A stretch of DNA of 64,000 bases from Octopus bimaculoides. Lineage: Eukaryota. The DNA is taken from NCBI RefSeq assembly GCF_001194135.2, contig NC_068983.1, forward strand, positions 59,664,508 to 59,728,507, in the 5' to 3' direction. How positions within the stretch are numbered: the first letter of the stretch is position 1; the number at the start of each line of letters is the position of its first letter. The notes under the pieces were generated by a model. It was given only the letters and a program-made list of their open reading frames with translations, was not told the DNA's origin and did no database searches. Below, piece after piece: positions 53,332 to 64,000 of this stretch. The translations under genes were made by a program, and so were the position numbers.

Positions 53332-53606
53332 CATGCAGGGGAGACAACTCTGGTCATATTTCAATCTCATTATCTCATCAACATGTTGGCATATTTAGTT
53401 GGTAAAGTAGATTGGCTGACTGGGTTTCATCTGTGTCTATTATAATCAACATTCCTTTTATTTTCAATAATTTTTATCATATAGGCTCAGGAACAGGGGT
53501 TGCATGGGGAGCAAGTGGAACCACTAAAATGATGCTTGCAGGGAGGAAGGCAATGAAAATGATTTGTACTTTCTCCAGAAAATCTTCACCACCAAAACAA
53601 ACATAG
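53332..53606 (+). other. Candidate two-exon unit (53332-53401 and 53485-53606) with an 83-nt GT-AG intron
   Basis: Acceptor cacttttcccctttctag, donor TTG|gtaaag, acceptor aataatttttatcatatag. The spliced frame is open to TAG at 53606. Confidence 0.3.
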
Positions 53607-53694
53607 AAATATTTTTTGACTCATTTGAAACATTACTTTTCCATTAGTGGTTTTATCTGATTTCATCGGTGTACAAATATTATTACTATTACTA

Positions 53695-53731
<37 letters not shown>

Positions 53732-54194
53732 GTGTAATGTCAATGTGAATACCCGTCAGAGTATAAGTATCTTGAGAGAAAAGCTGAACATTAGAAGCAN
53801 NNNNNNNNNNNNNNNNNNNNNNNNNNNNNNNNNNNNNNNNNNNNNNNNNNNNNNNNNNNNNNNNNNNNNNNNNNNNNNNNNNNNNNNNNNNNNNNNNNNN
53901 NNNNNNNNNNNNNNNNNNNNNNNNNNNNNNNNNNNNNNNNNNNNNNNNNNNNNNNNNNNNNNNNNNNNNNNNNNNNNNNNNNNNNNNNNNNNNNNNNNNN
54001 NNNNNNNNNNNNNNNNNNNNNNNNNNNNNNNNNNNNNNNNNNNNNNNNNNNNNNNNNNNNNNNNNNNNNNNNNNNNNNNNNNNNNNNNNNNNNNNNNNNN
54101 NNNNNNNNNNNNNNNNNNNNNNNNNNNNNNNNNNNNNNNNNNNNNNNNNNNNNNNNNNNNNNNNNNNNNNNNNNNNNNNNNNNNNNNNNNNNNN

Positions 54195-54428
54195 CATAAA
54201 AGACACCATTTCGAGCGTGGCCGTTTTCGTGCGGGTGACACGTAAAAGCACCCACTACACTCTCTGAGTGGTTGGCGTTAGGAAGGGCATCCAGCTGTAG
54301 AAACTCTGCCAAATTAGACTGGAGCCTGGTGTTGCCATCCTGTTTCACCAGTCCTCAGTCAAATCGTCCAACCCATGCTAGCATGGAAAGCGGACGTTAA
54401 ACGATGATGATGATGATGATGATGATGA
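54195..54428 (+). mobile_element. Young SINE 3' half (family D) with (GAT)n tail
   Basis: CpG-rich; ggaagggcatccagctgtagaaactctgcc...ggaaagcggacgttaaacgatgatgat. The 5' part lies in the gap. Confidence 0.88.
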
Positions 54429-54519
54429 TACCTGTTTTGTTTTGTTATTAAGATTGAAAAAATCAACCTTGTAAACAATTTTGGACCTGGGTTTGCACCC
54501 CTTATGCAAATTTCACTTC

Positions 54520-55140
54520 CACACCTATGTATACAGAATTTAAATAACATGAGATCTTTATTTGAAAGAAACTCTGGCTATCAGAATTTCTTTAAGCTTT
54601 ACTACATATACTGAACCACAATATATTGTTGCAGTTAGCAGTGGATAACAGGAACACTTTATAACTTCAACTCTGAGATTGTATATTTGTTTGGTGTGCA
54701 GTTGATAGTGAATGTTAATGTTTGCCTCTCCAGTCTGGAGCCCCTGTTTTGTCCAGAATATCAACCAACTAGAACCTGTCCAGAAACATGTAGCCTGATG
54801 AATATCTTCTGGCAGTCACTTACCATACCTTGAACACCGTTTCTCTGGGGGCTTTGATACACTAAACTGTTGACATAAAGCATCTGACTTGGTAGAAACC
54901 CACAAGATTGTCAGCAATAACAAATTCGACCATCTTTTTCAAGTCATTATCTCTACTGCTTGTAGGCACGTTTATAAATTCAAAAAACAGCACAACATCC
55001 ATTACTTTCAGAATCATTTTTTTTTTCCATGTTCATAATTGTCAAAGCATGGAATAAACTAGCCACAATGACTGTTAGCTGTCAAGACAGAATATCCTTC
55101 AAGAATTGCATACTTCCTGGAAATTCACCAATTCTACTCC
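54520..55140 (+). mobile_element. CR1 LINE 3' fragment
   Basis: FASPVWSPCFVQNINQLEPVQK...LPYLE...SDLVETHKI...HVYKF...VKAWNKL...SFKN. Confidence 0.82.
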
Positions 55141-55509
55141 TGACATCCTCTCCACCCTTTCCTCTTTATGGCTTTTTTTAATGTTCACTTTTCTCTCTTC
55201 CTGTGTTTTATTCTGTATGCTTTTATGCACTTTTGGTTACTAATGTTGTTTACTAATACTCTTTACCTGACTTATAGCTGTTTTGTGCCCCCCCCCTTCA
55301 CCCTTGTCCACTGAACTGTGCACCTGAGTTCACCTTAATACTGCATACAATAACATTGTTATTTTGTATGTGTATTTCGTGTGCAAGATTGTTATTATTA
55401 TCATTATTATTATTATTATTATCATAATAATCGAACTAGGAATCTTGGGTTTAGTAGCCCATGCTATTAACCACTATGCCATAATAATAATAATATTATT
55501 ATTATTATT

Positions 55510-55680
55510 GTTATTATTACCTTTGCACAGCTTCAAATGCTGGAGATGTACTACAGTGTCAGCTGTTCACTACCAGTGAACTAAGGTAACAACTCTTATT
55601 TTTCAAGCATCTTCTGGAGTATTCGAGCGGTTCCAAGCAGTGCTGTTTTCTGCAAGTGCTCCACCCTTATTGCAATTATT
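55510..55680 (-). mobile_element. R4/R2-group (restriction-like endonuclease) LINE 3' end
   Basis: IRVEHLQKTALLGTARILQKMLEK* followed by a 3' UTR and an (AAT)n tail. Confidence 0.8.
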
Positions 55681-55719
55681 ATTATTATTATCATTATTAT
55701 TTACTTTTAATTTGCATGT

Positions 55720-55975
55720 TTGTTGCAGTCACTTGCTGAGACACACCCAGCATCCTAGGGCGAGTGAAGGATAAGAGATGTTACAGTATGACTGAAAGCT
55801 TGGGGAGGGAAAGTGGCAGGGGCAGTAGCGAAATATCTTCATGTAATGCAACACAACCATTTAAATTGATAAGGATTTTTCTAAGGTTGTGGGCAGTACT
55901 TGTCAACACAATCTTTTGGATTTCTCTGAGACATGGTTCACCTAGGATATTATCTAGATGTTTCTGACATCCCGT
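55720..55975 (-). mobile_element. Second, distinct R4/R2-group LINE 3' end
   Basis: KHLDNILGEPCLREIQKIVLTSTAHNLRKIL. Confidence 0.72.
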
Positions 55976-56038
55976 TCTTCTTCTTCTTCTTCTTCTTCTT
56001 CTTTTCTTCTTCTTCTTCTTCTTTTCTTCTTCTTCTTC

Positions 56039-56089
<51 letters not shown>

Positions 56090-56105
56090 CCATCATCATC
56101 ATTAT
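55976..56105. repeat. Compound (TTC)n(ATC)n trinucleotide repeat
   Basis: Directly visible. Confidence 0.95.
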
Positions 56106-56114
56106 TGTTGTTAA

Positions 56115-56660
56115 AGCAGGGAGCTGCCAATCATTACTGTTACCAGACAAAATGCTTTGCATTTATTCCAATATGATGTTCGGAGTTCAAATTCCACCAA
56201 GGTTAACTTTGTCTTTCATCTTTTCGGGGTCAATAAATTAAATACCAGTGAAACACTGGGGTCAATGTAATCAACTTAGCCCCACCCCACCAGATTTCAG
56301 GTCTTGTGCCTTTAGTAGAAAGAATTACTATTATTATTATTGAGAGAGTAGCACACCATCAAAGTGATGTTGGGGTCTGAGGTATAATCATTTGAAGCCC
56401 AATATACCCATCATGATTATAATAATTATTATTATTATCATTATTCAAGGCAGTTAGCTGGCAAAAATGTTAGCACACCAGGCAAAATGCTTAGTGGTAT
56501 TTTGTCCACCACTATGTTCTGAGTTCAAGTTCCGCCGAGGTCAACTTTGCCTTTCATCCTTTCAGGGTTAATAAACTAAGTCCAATCAAACACTGGGGTT
56601 GATGTTATCGACTAGTTCCCTCCCACAAAATTTCAGTCTTTGTGCCTTTAGTGGAAAGAA
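56115..56660 (+). mobile_element. Two SINE family C copies (about 56115-56330 and 56445-56660) with (ATT)n tails
   Basis: gagttcaaattccaccaaggttaactttgtctttcatc and gagttcaagttccgccgaggtcaactttgcctttcatcc. Confidence 0.82.
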
Positions 56661-56661
56661 T

Positions 56662-56693
<32 letters not shown>

Positions 56694-57679
56694 ATTAATT
56701 TTATGATTCTAAATCCTGAATTCCAACCGCACATCTGAATTGAATAGATACTATCTCAGCTAAAAATATCTAAATATTGCTTTCCTAAACATTTAAAGAG
56801 TATCAACTTATACAACAAGCAGTGGATGTCACTTCTATTTTTTTCTTTTTTTATCTTTTATTCCAGCATTCTCTAATAGCTTCAGCATATATATGTATTG
56901 ATTTTTTAATTGGTTAAAAACTCTGTGATTCTGTGAAAAAGAAAAAAAAAGGAAAAAGAGCAGTGGAATAATCAAATTAACTTTCATCAAATATGACCCA
57001 CTACAAGTGCATCTTAGAGAGTTCACAGCTCTGCATTAAAATCAATATTTAATGTCTTCAGAAAACCAGTTAAGCCTTCAAAACAGTTATTGTGTGGCTC
57101 ACCTTTTTTTAATCAAATCTTTTACTTTGAAGAACTGCTATTAGTCAGTAGATATAAAACACAAGAAATTATTCCTAAATAGAAACAAATCAATATAAAT
57201 ATGAAGGTCTATAAAAAGTATTTCTAATTTTATTGATTTCCAAAGTGTGCAATAGGTAGTTTGTTATTTTTTTTTTGTTTTGACTTTCACTTCGAATATC
57301 AAGAACATAGATCCATTATTTGCAGTCGTATTTCTAATTTTAATATAACACATTGATGTAACGGCATATTTCAAACGGTTTTATATTCATTTGCTTTTTT
57401 TCCATTCCTGCATGACTGGGATAAGATTTTTTTTGTCTTTTATTTTTTCTTTTATTTTAAATCAAATTTGAATATTTATGTATGAATTGTTACAGCTTGT
57501 TGTTATGGTCTGGTTATATCTTGTACTCTTACCTTTCAACTATGAAGTGAATAGAAGTAGTCTTTCTTTAACAGAGTACATCTTACTTGCTTCTGTTTGA
57601 ATCACCAACAGAACCTACTAGGTTTTCAGAAGCAGACTTATGATGGGAAAATATTAACGAAGGCAAAAGCATGACTAGG

Positions 57680-58030
57680 TACTTAAAACATTTGCTTGCA
57701 ACCATATGGCTTTGGGTTTCAACCTTATTACATGGCACCTTGAGAAGGTGGCTTCTACTTTATTCACTGCCTAAAACCTTGTGAATAGATTTCATCAACA
57801 GAAACTGTGTAGAAGTATGTATATGTGTGCAAGTAGTTGTGTTTGTTCCTGTAACATTCAACTTAAGATGTAAACAGACCAACAAGTGTGGGCTTGTTTT
57901 CATCTCTTTAACTTAACAGTTTAGCAAAAGAGACTGATAAAATAAGTACCAGACAAAAATAAGCACTGGGGTCAATTTGCATAACCTAACCCAACGATAT
58001 AGTGCTCCATCATGGCTGCAGTCCAATGAA
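57680..58030 (+). mobile_element. SINE family A, degenerate
   Basis: Reverse orientation of the 5841-type body, ending aatgaaactagtaaaaga. Confidence 0.7.
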
Positions 58031-58229
58031 TGAAACTAGTAAAAGAGTATACCCCACACCAAGTGAAAGAGGAAACATCTACATAGCTACTTGACTTGCT
58101 AGCAATAGCTATCAAATCTCCCCCAAATCATGTTTTACCATCTTAAAGAAAGAGAATATTAAGTAATGTATTTCAAAATAAAAATGGAATGGTTAAGGCT
58201 GAATTGTTTTTGTCTGTGTATCTAAATAA

Positions 58230-58264
<35 letters not shown>

Positions 58265-58286
58265 AAATCATCATCATCACCCACAC

Positions 58287-58510
58287 ACACAAGAGGGTGC
58301 TGAAAAGTTCCTGGCTTTAAGAGTATCATGAAGGGCCTGGTTGGAGTTTCAACCTTCCAAGTTCTTTTACAAGACTTAGAAAAACTGAAGGACTGCTACA
58401 ATAAGTGTGTGAATCTGAGAGGAGAATATGTTGGATAGAATCATGATTAACTGATCCGCCTATATTTTCTTTTACCCTAAGCCAGGAACTTTTCAACACC
58501 CCCTCATGTA
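58287..58510 (+). mobile_element. Mariner-derived MITE
   Basis: TIRs gagggtgctgaaaagttcctggctt and aagccaggaacttttcaacaccccctc; internal LEKLKDCYNKCVNLRGEYVG* matches the mariner transposase C-terminus. Confidence 0.85.
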
Positions 58511-58539
58511 TCTGTATATATATATATAATGTCCATAGA

Positions 58540-58687
58540 TGGCTGTGTGGTAAGAAGCTTGCTTCACAACCACATGGTTTTGGGTTCAGTCCTACTGCAT
58601 GGCACGTTGGGCAAGTGTCTTCAACTACAGTCTCAGGTTGAGCAAAGGCTTATGAGTGTATTTCGTAGACAGATACTGCAAGAAGGG

Positions 58688-58743
<56 letters not shown>

Positions 58744-59010
58744 ACATGTATGTGTGTGCACATGTGTGTGTGTGCACATGTGTGTGTGTGTGCACATGTG
58801 TGTGTGTGATTTTGTATGTCAGTGTTGTCACTAATCACTGCTTGACAACTGGTGTTGCTGTGTTTACATCCCTGTAACTTAGCAGTTCAGCATAAGATAT
58901 TGATAGAATAAGCACCAGGATTTAAAATAGAATAAGCACTGGGGTCTATCCATTTGGCTAAAAATTCTTCAAGGTGCTATTCCAGCATGGCTGCGGTCTA
59001 ATGACTGGAA
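58540..59010 (+). mobile_element. SINE family A, near full length
   Basis: tggctgtgtggtaagaagcttgc...gggttcagtcc (A/B boxes); ends gactggaacaaataaaaga. Confidence 0.88.
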
Positions 59011-59298
59011 CAAATAAAAGATAAAAGATATTTTCAAAAATGACACATTTTCTGTAATTTCTTATTCCTACACTTTACAACTATTTTGTGGTGTTTTTTT
59101 TTTAACTTTTAATTGTTATACTAAATTTTAAATAACCTGATCAACTAGTATTGGCCTTCTTCTTTTTCTGTAGGTTAACAAAAACATCTTGGAATTCCAA
59201 CAATAATTTAAAAAATTAAATAAGATTCTAGATTCTCAGCCAGTATTGACATTTAGTTGACTCTTAATGTATGCCTTCATAGAAATAATCAACATTTT

Positions 59299-59351
59299 AA
59301 GTATTGATGATATAATAGTGATTGATGATCGCCATTATATCATCAATACTT
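59299..59351 (+). other. 53-nt hairpin: 18 perfect bp, an A-C mismatch, 5 bp (one G-U) and a 5-nt loop
   Basis: 59299-59316 aagtattgatgatataat is the exact reverse complement of 59334-59351. Confidence 0.9.
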
Positions 59352-59579
59352 TATATTCAGATAAGAAAAAATGAAAGAGAGAGAGTTATCATCATTAAAA
59401 TTGTCGCAATAATCTCCATTCATTTTGGAAGAGACCAGGAAAGCAGGGAGAAAAAAATTAATGTCTTTTTGCAAGGAATTACATTTTCAAATAAAACATT
59501 CCAAGTATTTCTTGAATTTTTTTCTACTTTTCATTGATGGTTGGTTGTGGAATTTTCAGAAATTTGATTAAAATGTGCA

Positions 59580-59871
59580 CTGGCATGGTAGTGTGGTTAA
59601 GAAGCATGCTTCCCAATCATGGTGATCTAGGTTCAGTTCCAGTGCATGGTACCTTGCTTACTATAGCCCTGGGGTGATAAAAAGTTTGTGAGTGGATTTG
59701 ACTGATAGAAACTGAAATGAGTCCATCATATATATATATATGATTATGTATTATGTGGTTAAGAAACTTGTTTCCCAACCATGTACTTTCAAGTTCAGTT
59801 GCACTGTGCAGTACCTAAGGCAAGCCACTTCTACTAGAGCCTTAGTCAAAAGCTGAAGGAAATCAATAATA

Positions 59872-59924
<53 letters not shown>

Positions 59925-60110
59925 ATGTGTGTGCATATCTGTATGTAGGTATGTACTCTCAAGATCATGTGATGGTTATAATGAAGCATCACAATTAAGC
60001 AATATTGATCATTTCTGATCCTCCACAAAATCCATGACTGACTATGGGAATATACTAGCTTGCACTAGAAACATATGAATGTTGGCAACAGGTAGAGCAT
60101 CTGGCCATAG
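59580..60110 (+). mobile_element. Two tandem SINE heads followed by a degenerate 3' module
   Basis: gtgtggttaagaag...ggttcagttcc at about 59590 and again at about 59755. Confidence 0.7.
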
Positions 60111-60849
60111 ATAATTTTGTTTGATTCTTTCTTCTTGTTTGTCTATTCTTTCACACTTCTTTTCAGTGCCAGGTTTTCTATGATTTCTTCATTCTTTCAG
60201 TGGTCTGAATCTTGTATTGAAGGAATTAGTTTTTAATTTCAGATTATAGTTTTTTGCTTGTAAAACTCATTCATTTGCTTGATTCATTCAGTAACTTATT
60301 TGTTTAGTCTATTGTCTTTTTTTGTTCTTAAATCATAAAAAAGTATAATATTAGATTAGCAACTAAGTATTCTCTTCAGTTTTTTATATCAATTTTCTGC
60401 ATAACAAATACTACTCCTCTATTTTCCATGTTCAGCTGATCGTATTGGAACAATCTTCTATCAATGAACCGATTATTCTATAATTTTAATACAAGAATTG
60501 CTAACATAGTCTGACATAGTTTGTATAAAGACATTTAATTATGAGATCAGAATTATATAATAATTTCATAAATATCAAGAAGGGAAATCAGTGAACTGTT
60601 TCCTAAAAATCATGTCATCTTTTATTTATCTTCCGCTGATGTTTGACCTAGCTACTTCCACCAACCTTTATATACTGCAGAGTAGCCATGTACCTTCTCT
60701 ATAGCAAAGCATGTATTTCTATCCTTCTATCATATGTTAGCCTCTCAACACCTGGCATATTATTGCCTCCCCCACTCTCTCTCTCTCTCTCTACTATTAC
60801 TGCTGCTGCTGCTGCTACACTTCCACTCAGTCATGGGTCTCACTCTGTC

Positions 60850-61110
60850 TTTTAGTTTTCTCTCATGAGTTACTGGTATCCTCACTAGCGATGGAGCCAT
60901 GAAAAAGATAAAAAGCATCCAGTGCACTCTGTATGTAAAGTGGCTTGTATTAAATAGAGGGACACAACTGTAGAAATCATGCCAAAGCAGCCACTGGAGT
61001 TTGACACAGTCCTTTAGATTGTTAGATCCTGTTGAACAAGCCAACTCATGCCAGCATAAAATCCAGATGTAAAATGGTGGTTGTGGTGGTGGTTATGATA
61101 ATGATGATGG
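60850..61110 (+). mobile_element. Family D module, degenerate
   Basis: aaaagcatccagtgcactctg...ctgtagaaatcatgccaaagcag...ccagatgtaaaatggtgg. Confidence 0.65.
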
Positions 61111-62934
61111 TGATAACCTTGAAGGCAACAACCTTATAAGACTGACACAAGAACATCCCAGTGAAAAATAGCATAAAGTTGATAGAATAATTGGCAAATT
61201 CATTCAAGTACTTGCCAAGGTATTCCTAGTTCTTTCTGGCACTCATATTTTTCCTTTTTCTCATGATATTCATTTTCTCTCCCTCCCTCCCTTTCTCTCT
61301 CTCTCTCTCACTTTCTCTTTCTCTCTCCTTTTCTCACTCTTTCTCTCTTTCACTTTCTACCCCTCTTTCTCTCTCTATTTATGCCTACATTTATGTTTAA
61401 TGTATATTGAACAATCCAAGCATGACAAATAATTAGTTGTATAATTCATGACTATTTCCAATTACTTGTTATTAAAAGAATTATTTAAGCATTTCACTGC
61501 TAGCAATACCAAAATAGACTAAAAACTCAGTGCAATTCTTTTATATTCTGATACAGTTTGTTCAACTATGTTTTTTTTTTTTGAAAGTTCTATGTAAAAA
61601 TATTTCTGTTTGTACATGAAACATTATTACATCTTACCATTCTTTCTTCATTTTTTTCAAATTTTTTCCGTGATTGCAATCTGTGGAATTCTACATAAAC
61701 AAACTGGATTCACAATGGATTGAAATTTCTGTTGATTTTAACATATATTTCTTACATATCTTTTTTAATAGTTAATCCCTTAAAACATTTTTTAAAAATT
61801 GCTATGTCAAAAATCATAAATTGATTATTACTCTGGAGCTTTTGTTTCAAAACATATCAAATGAAAGGAGAGAAAAAAATGATAAAGAGATATAAAACAT
61901 CTATAAATAAACACCATGTAGTTTATTTATCATTGTCGAGTGAATGTAGGAATCTCTTCTGTATCGCTTGAGGCAAAGATAAGGATGATACCAAAAAAAA
62001 AAAAATAATAATAATAATAAAATAAAGAGAAAAATTCTTTATAGATATCAATGTTTTCAGTTGATTGATACACCAAACTAAAATTTGTTACAACAAAATA
62101 GCAGAAAAGAAAATCAAGATTTGATATTTATTTATATATTTTTATAGCAGACACCTTTTTTTTTAAAGTTTTCTTTTTTGTTGCATTTATCATTCTCCCA
62201 ATCACTGCTGCATACAATCTCACTGGTAATGTTGCAATCATTTATTTTTATCACCAAGTACATTAGTACCACCAATGACAATGTATATACTAATCATCAC
62301 CATCATCATTATCAAGACTATTAGAATCATTATTACCATCACTACTATCACAATGATGGAGGCTTCGTCTCATGATCTGATAGTTTGGATTCAAACAGAG
62401 AATACAGATTTTATATGTTGATTTCATCAAAAATCATACCTAAAGCAGTTTTTAAGGTTATATAGTTGCAGTAAGTGCTAAAATTCCACTAAAAAGTCAA
62501 GATTCCAACTGTTTTAGCTGTTGGTTGAAGCTTTTTTTCCCCCACTTTATCACTATAAACCTGGAACTAGCTTGACCATTATCACTATGTTTCCTTTCTC
62601 TTAAAATATAGTATCTTTGTTCTTAGTCAAAAGAAACCAATTTCTGTAGCAAGTTGTCAGAAACAGTTAAGCATTTGATTAAATAAATGATTGATAGTAT
62701 TTAGCTTTTTATTCCACCCCTACTTTCTGTTCACTCTAATCTACTGAGATTTATTCTTATATAAAAGATGGCCCTTGTGTCTAATCAAAAAGAAAGAGTC
62801 AACATCTTATGATTTGTGGAGGGTGGTAGAGATACAGATGGCTAAACCTGCAGAATCTCAGACTTAAGAACTATTTTATCTCTAAAGTATCTTATTCTCT
62901 TAAAATTAACTCTTTTTTTTTTAATTACCCCTAG

Positions 62935-63018
62935 AATTCATAAAATAAATACCAGTAGTGCAGTGAATAATATTCAGTTGACTATAGAGCCACCCGCAAA
63001 ATTCAGTTGTAATCTTTA
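62935..63018 (+). other. Candidate 84-nt symmetrical (phase 2-2) exon
   Basis: Acceptor ctctttttttttaattacccctag and donor TTA|gtaagt; one open frame, IHKINTSSAVNNIQLTIEPPAKFSCNL. Unrecognised. Confidence 0.3.
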
Positions 63019-64000
63019 GTAAGTGTTATATGTTTTCTGAAGGATGGAGAATTATAGCAAATACTGAAGAGATATATAATCTCACTGGCAATGTTGCTAT
63101 CATTTATTTTTATCACCGACTACATTACCACTATCGATAGCAAGGTACAGATGAGTCCTCACCATCATCATTATCTATCATCCCTTCACTATATCAATTC
63201 CTAACAACAATATTGGAGGACTGCTGACTCTCCTAGGATTAGCAATACTGTCCTCAGTAGTCAAAACGACAAGAATATCTGAGATGAACTGGTGATGAGA
63301 ATTTCTCCATTTGTTCTATCTATTGTATGTTCTTCTCAGATGTGCCTAATTTTTCCTGTATGTGTGTGAGAAAGTGTGTGTGTGTCTGTGCATTCATACA
63401 CATGAATGTGTGCATGCATGCACACACACACACACACTCGTTTTACAGTATCTAGTTCTGATATCTAAAATATTTGCATTCAAATCTTCTTCAGGTCATC
63501 ACCTTCGTTCTTTCAATCATCTGAAGTTAATGAAATTAGTACCAATAATTAAAATTTCAATTAACTCCTTAGGTTTTCTTTAATCTTGTCAAAAGAAATC
63601 AATATTAGGTCCTCATTGCATTTATCTATCTTCCATGTGGTTTTGTTGTAAAGAATGACTGTAAATGATGATTCAAAAAATTAAAATGATTATATTATTT
63701 CATATAAAATTAATGAAACTTTTAATTTGAAATTGTAACATCAAGATTAAGCCATTTAATTACTAGTTGTCTGTAATAAAGCCCCATAGGGAATGGTGCC
63801 AGGAATTATGAAACTTAGGTATTTTTGCAACAGATGTTCAGAGAAAAGAGTAGAATGTCAAAGTATATGGCTTCCTGGTATTTTTCTTCTTTTTAGTTTT
63901 GCTTCTATATATTCTGAGTTTCTTTTTTTTATTGAGTTTAAAAACATAAAATCCACTATTTTATTGAGAATCAATGCAAATGAAAATGCCATCTACAGAA

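Noticed and set aside
33325-57600. Several 3-15-nt segments flanked by AG and GT (about 33351, 41416, 41657 on +; 43950, 57533 on -)
   Set aside because: Pyrimidine-rich intronic DNA produces many such matches, and there is no independent support without junction reads.
58735-58810. Regularly spaced TGTGCACATGTG units resembling a repeat-spacer array
   Set aside because: This is an interrupted (TG)n microsatellite with no unique spacers; not CRISPR.

Overview
AT-rich eukaryotic genomic DNA packed with microsatellites and SINEs, with nine assembly gaps. The SINE families and the (TA)n/(CA)n/(GA)n/(ATG)n density suggest an octopus-like coleoid cephalopod (inference). Most of the window is intron or intergenic sequence. 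One coding exon is confidently recognisable: an 82-nt + strand exon (26657-26738) encoding VQHWAKDLGDKLYSFSNKVTMLNDISK, matching the exon after the signal peptide in voltage-gated Ca2+ channel alpha2-delta subunits (CACNA2D/straightjacket family). Neither neighbouring exon could be found, so the flanking introns are probably very large or those exons fall in gaps. A probable terminal coding exon of an unidentified upstream gene lies at 5642-5743. The rest is transposon debris: tRNA-derived SINEs of several families; CR1, RTE, I-group-like and R4/R2-like LINE fragments; a DD37D (maT) element; a mariner 5' half; a mariner MITE; a hAT-like MITE; and a piggyBac transposase relic. The most notable unexplained structures are fold-backs in the presumed alpha2-delta pre-mRNA. 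These are a perfect 60-bp inverted repeat 1.8 kb downstream of the exon, a 53-nt hairpin with a UAG adenosine opposite C (the preferred ADAR configuration), and a head-to-head SINE fold-back. There are also competing splice donors on the exon and weakly supported antisense and alternative exons. Almost all listed ORFs are microsatellite, gap or TE artefacts. No novel system is established; all functional ideas are hypotheses. Repeat boundaries are approximate.
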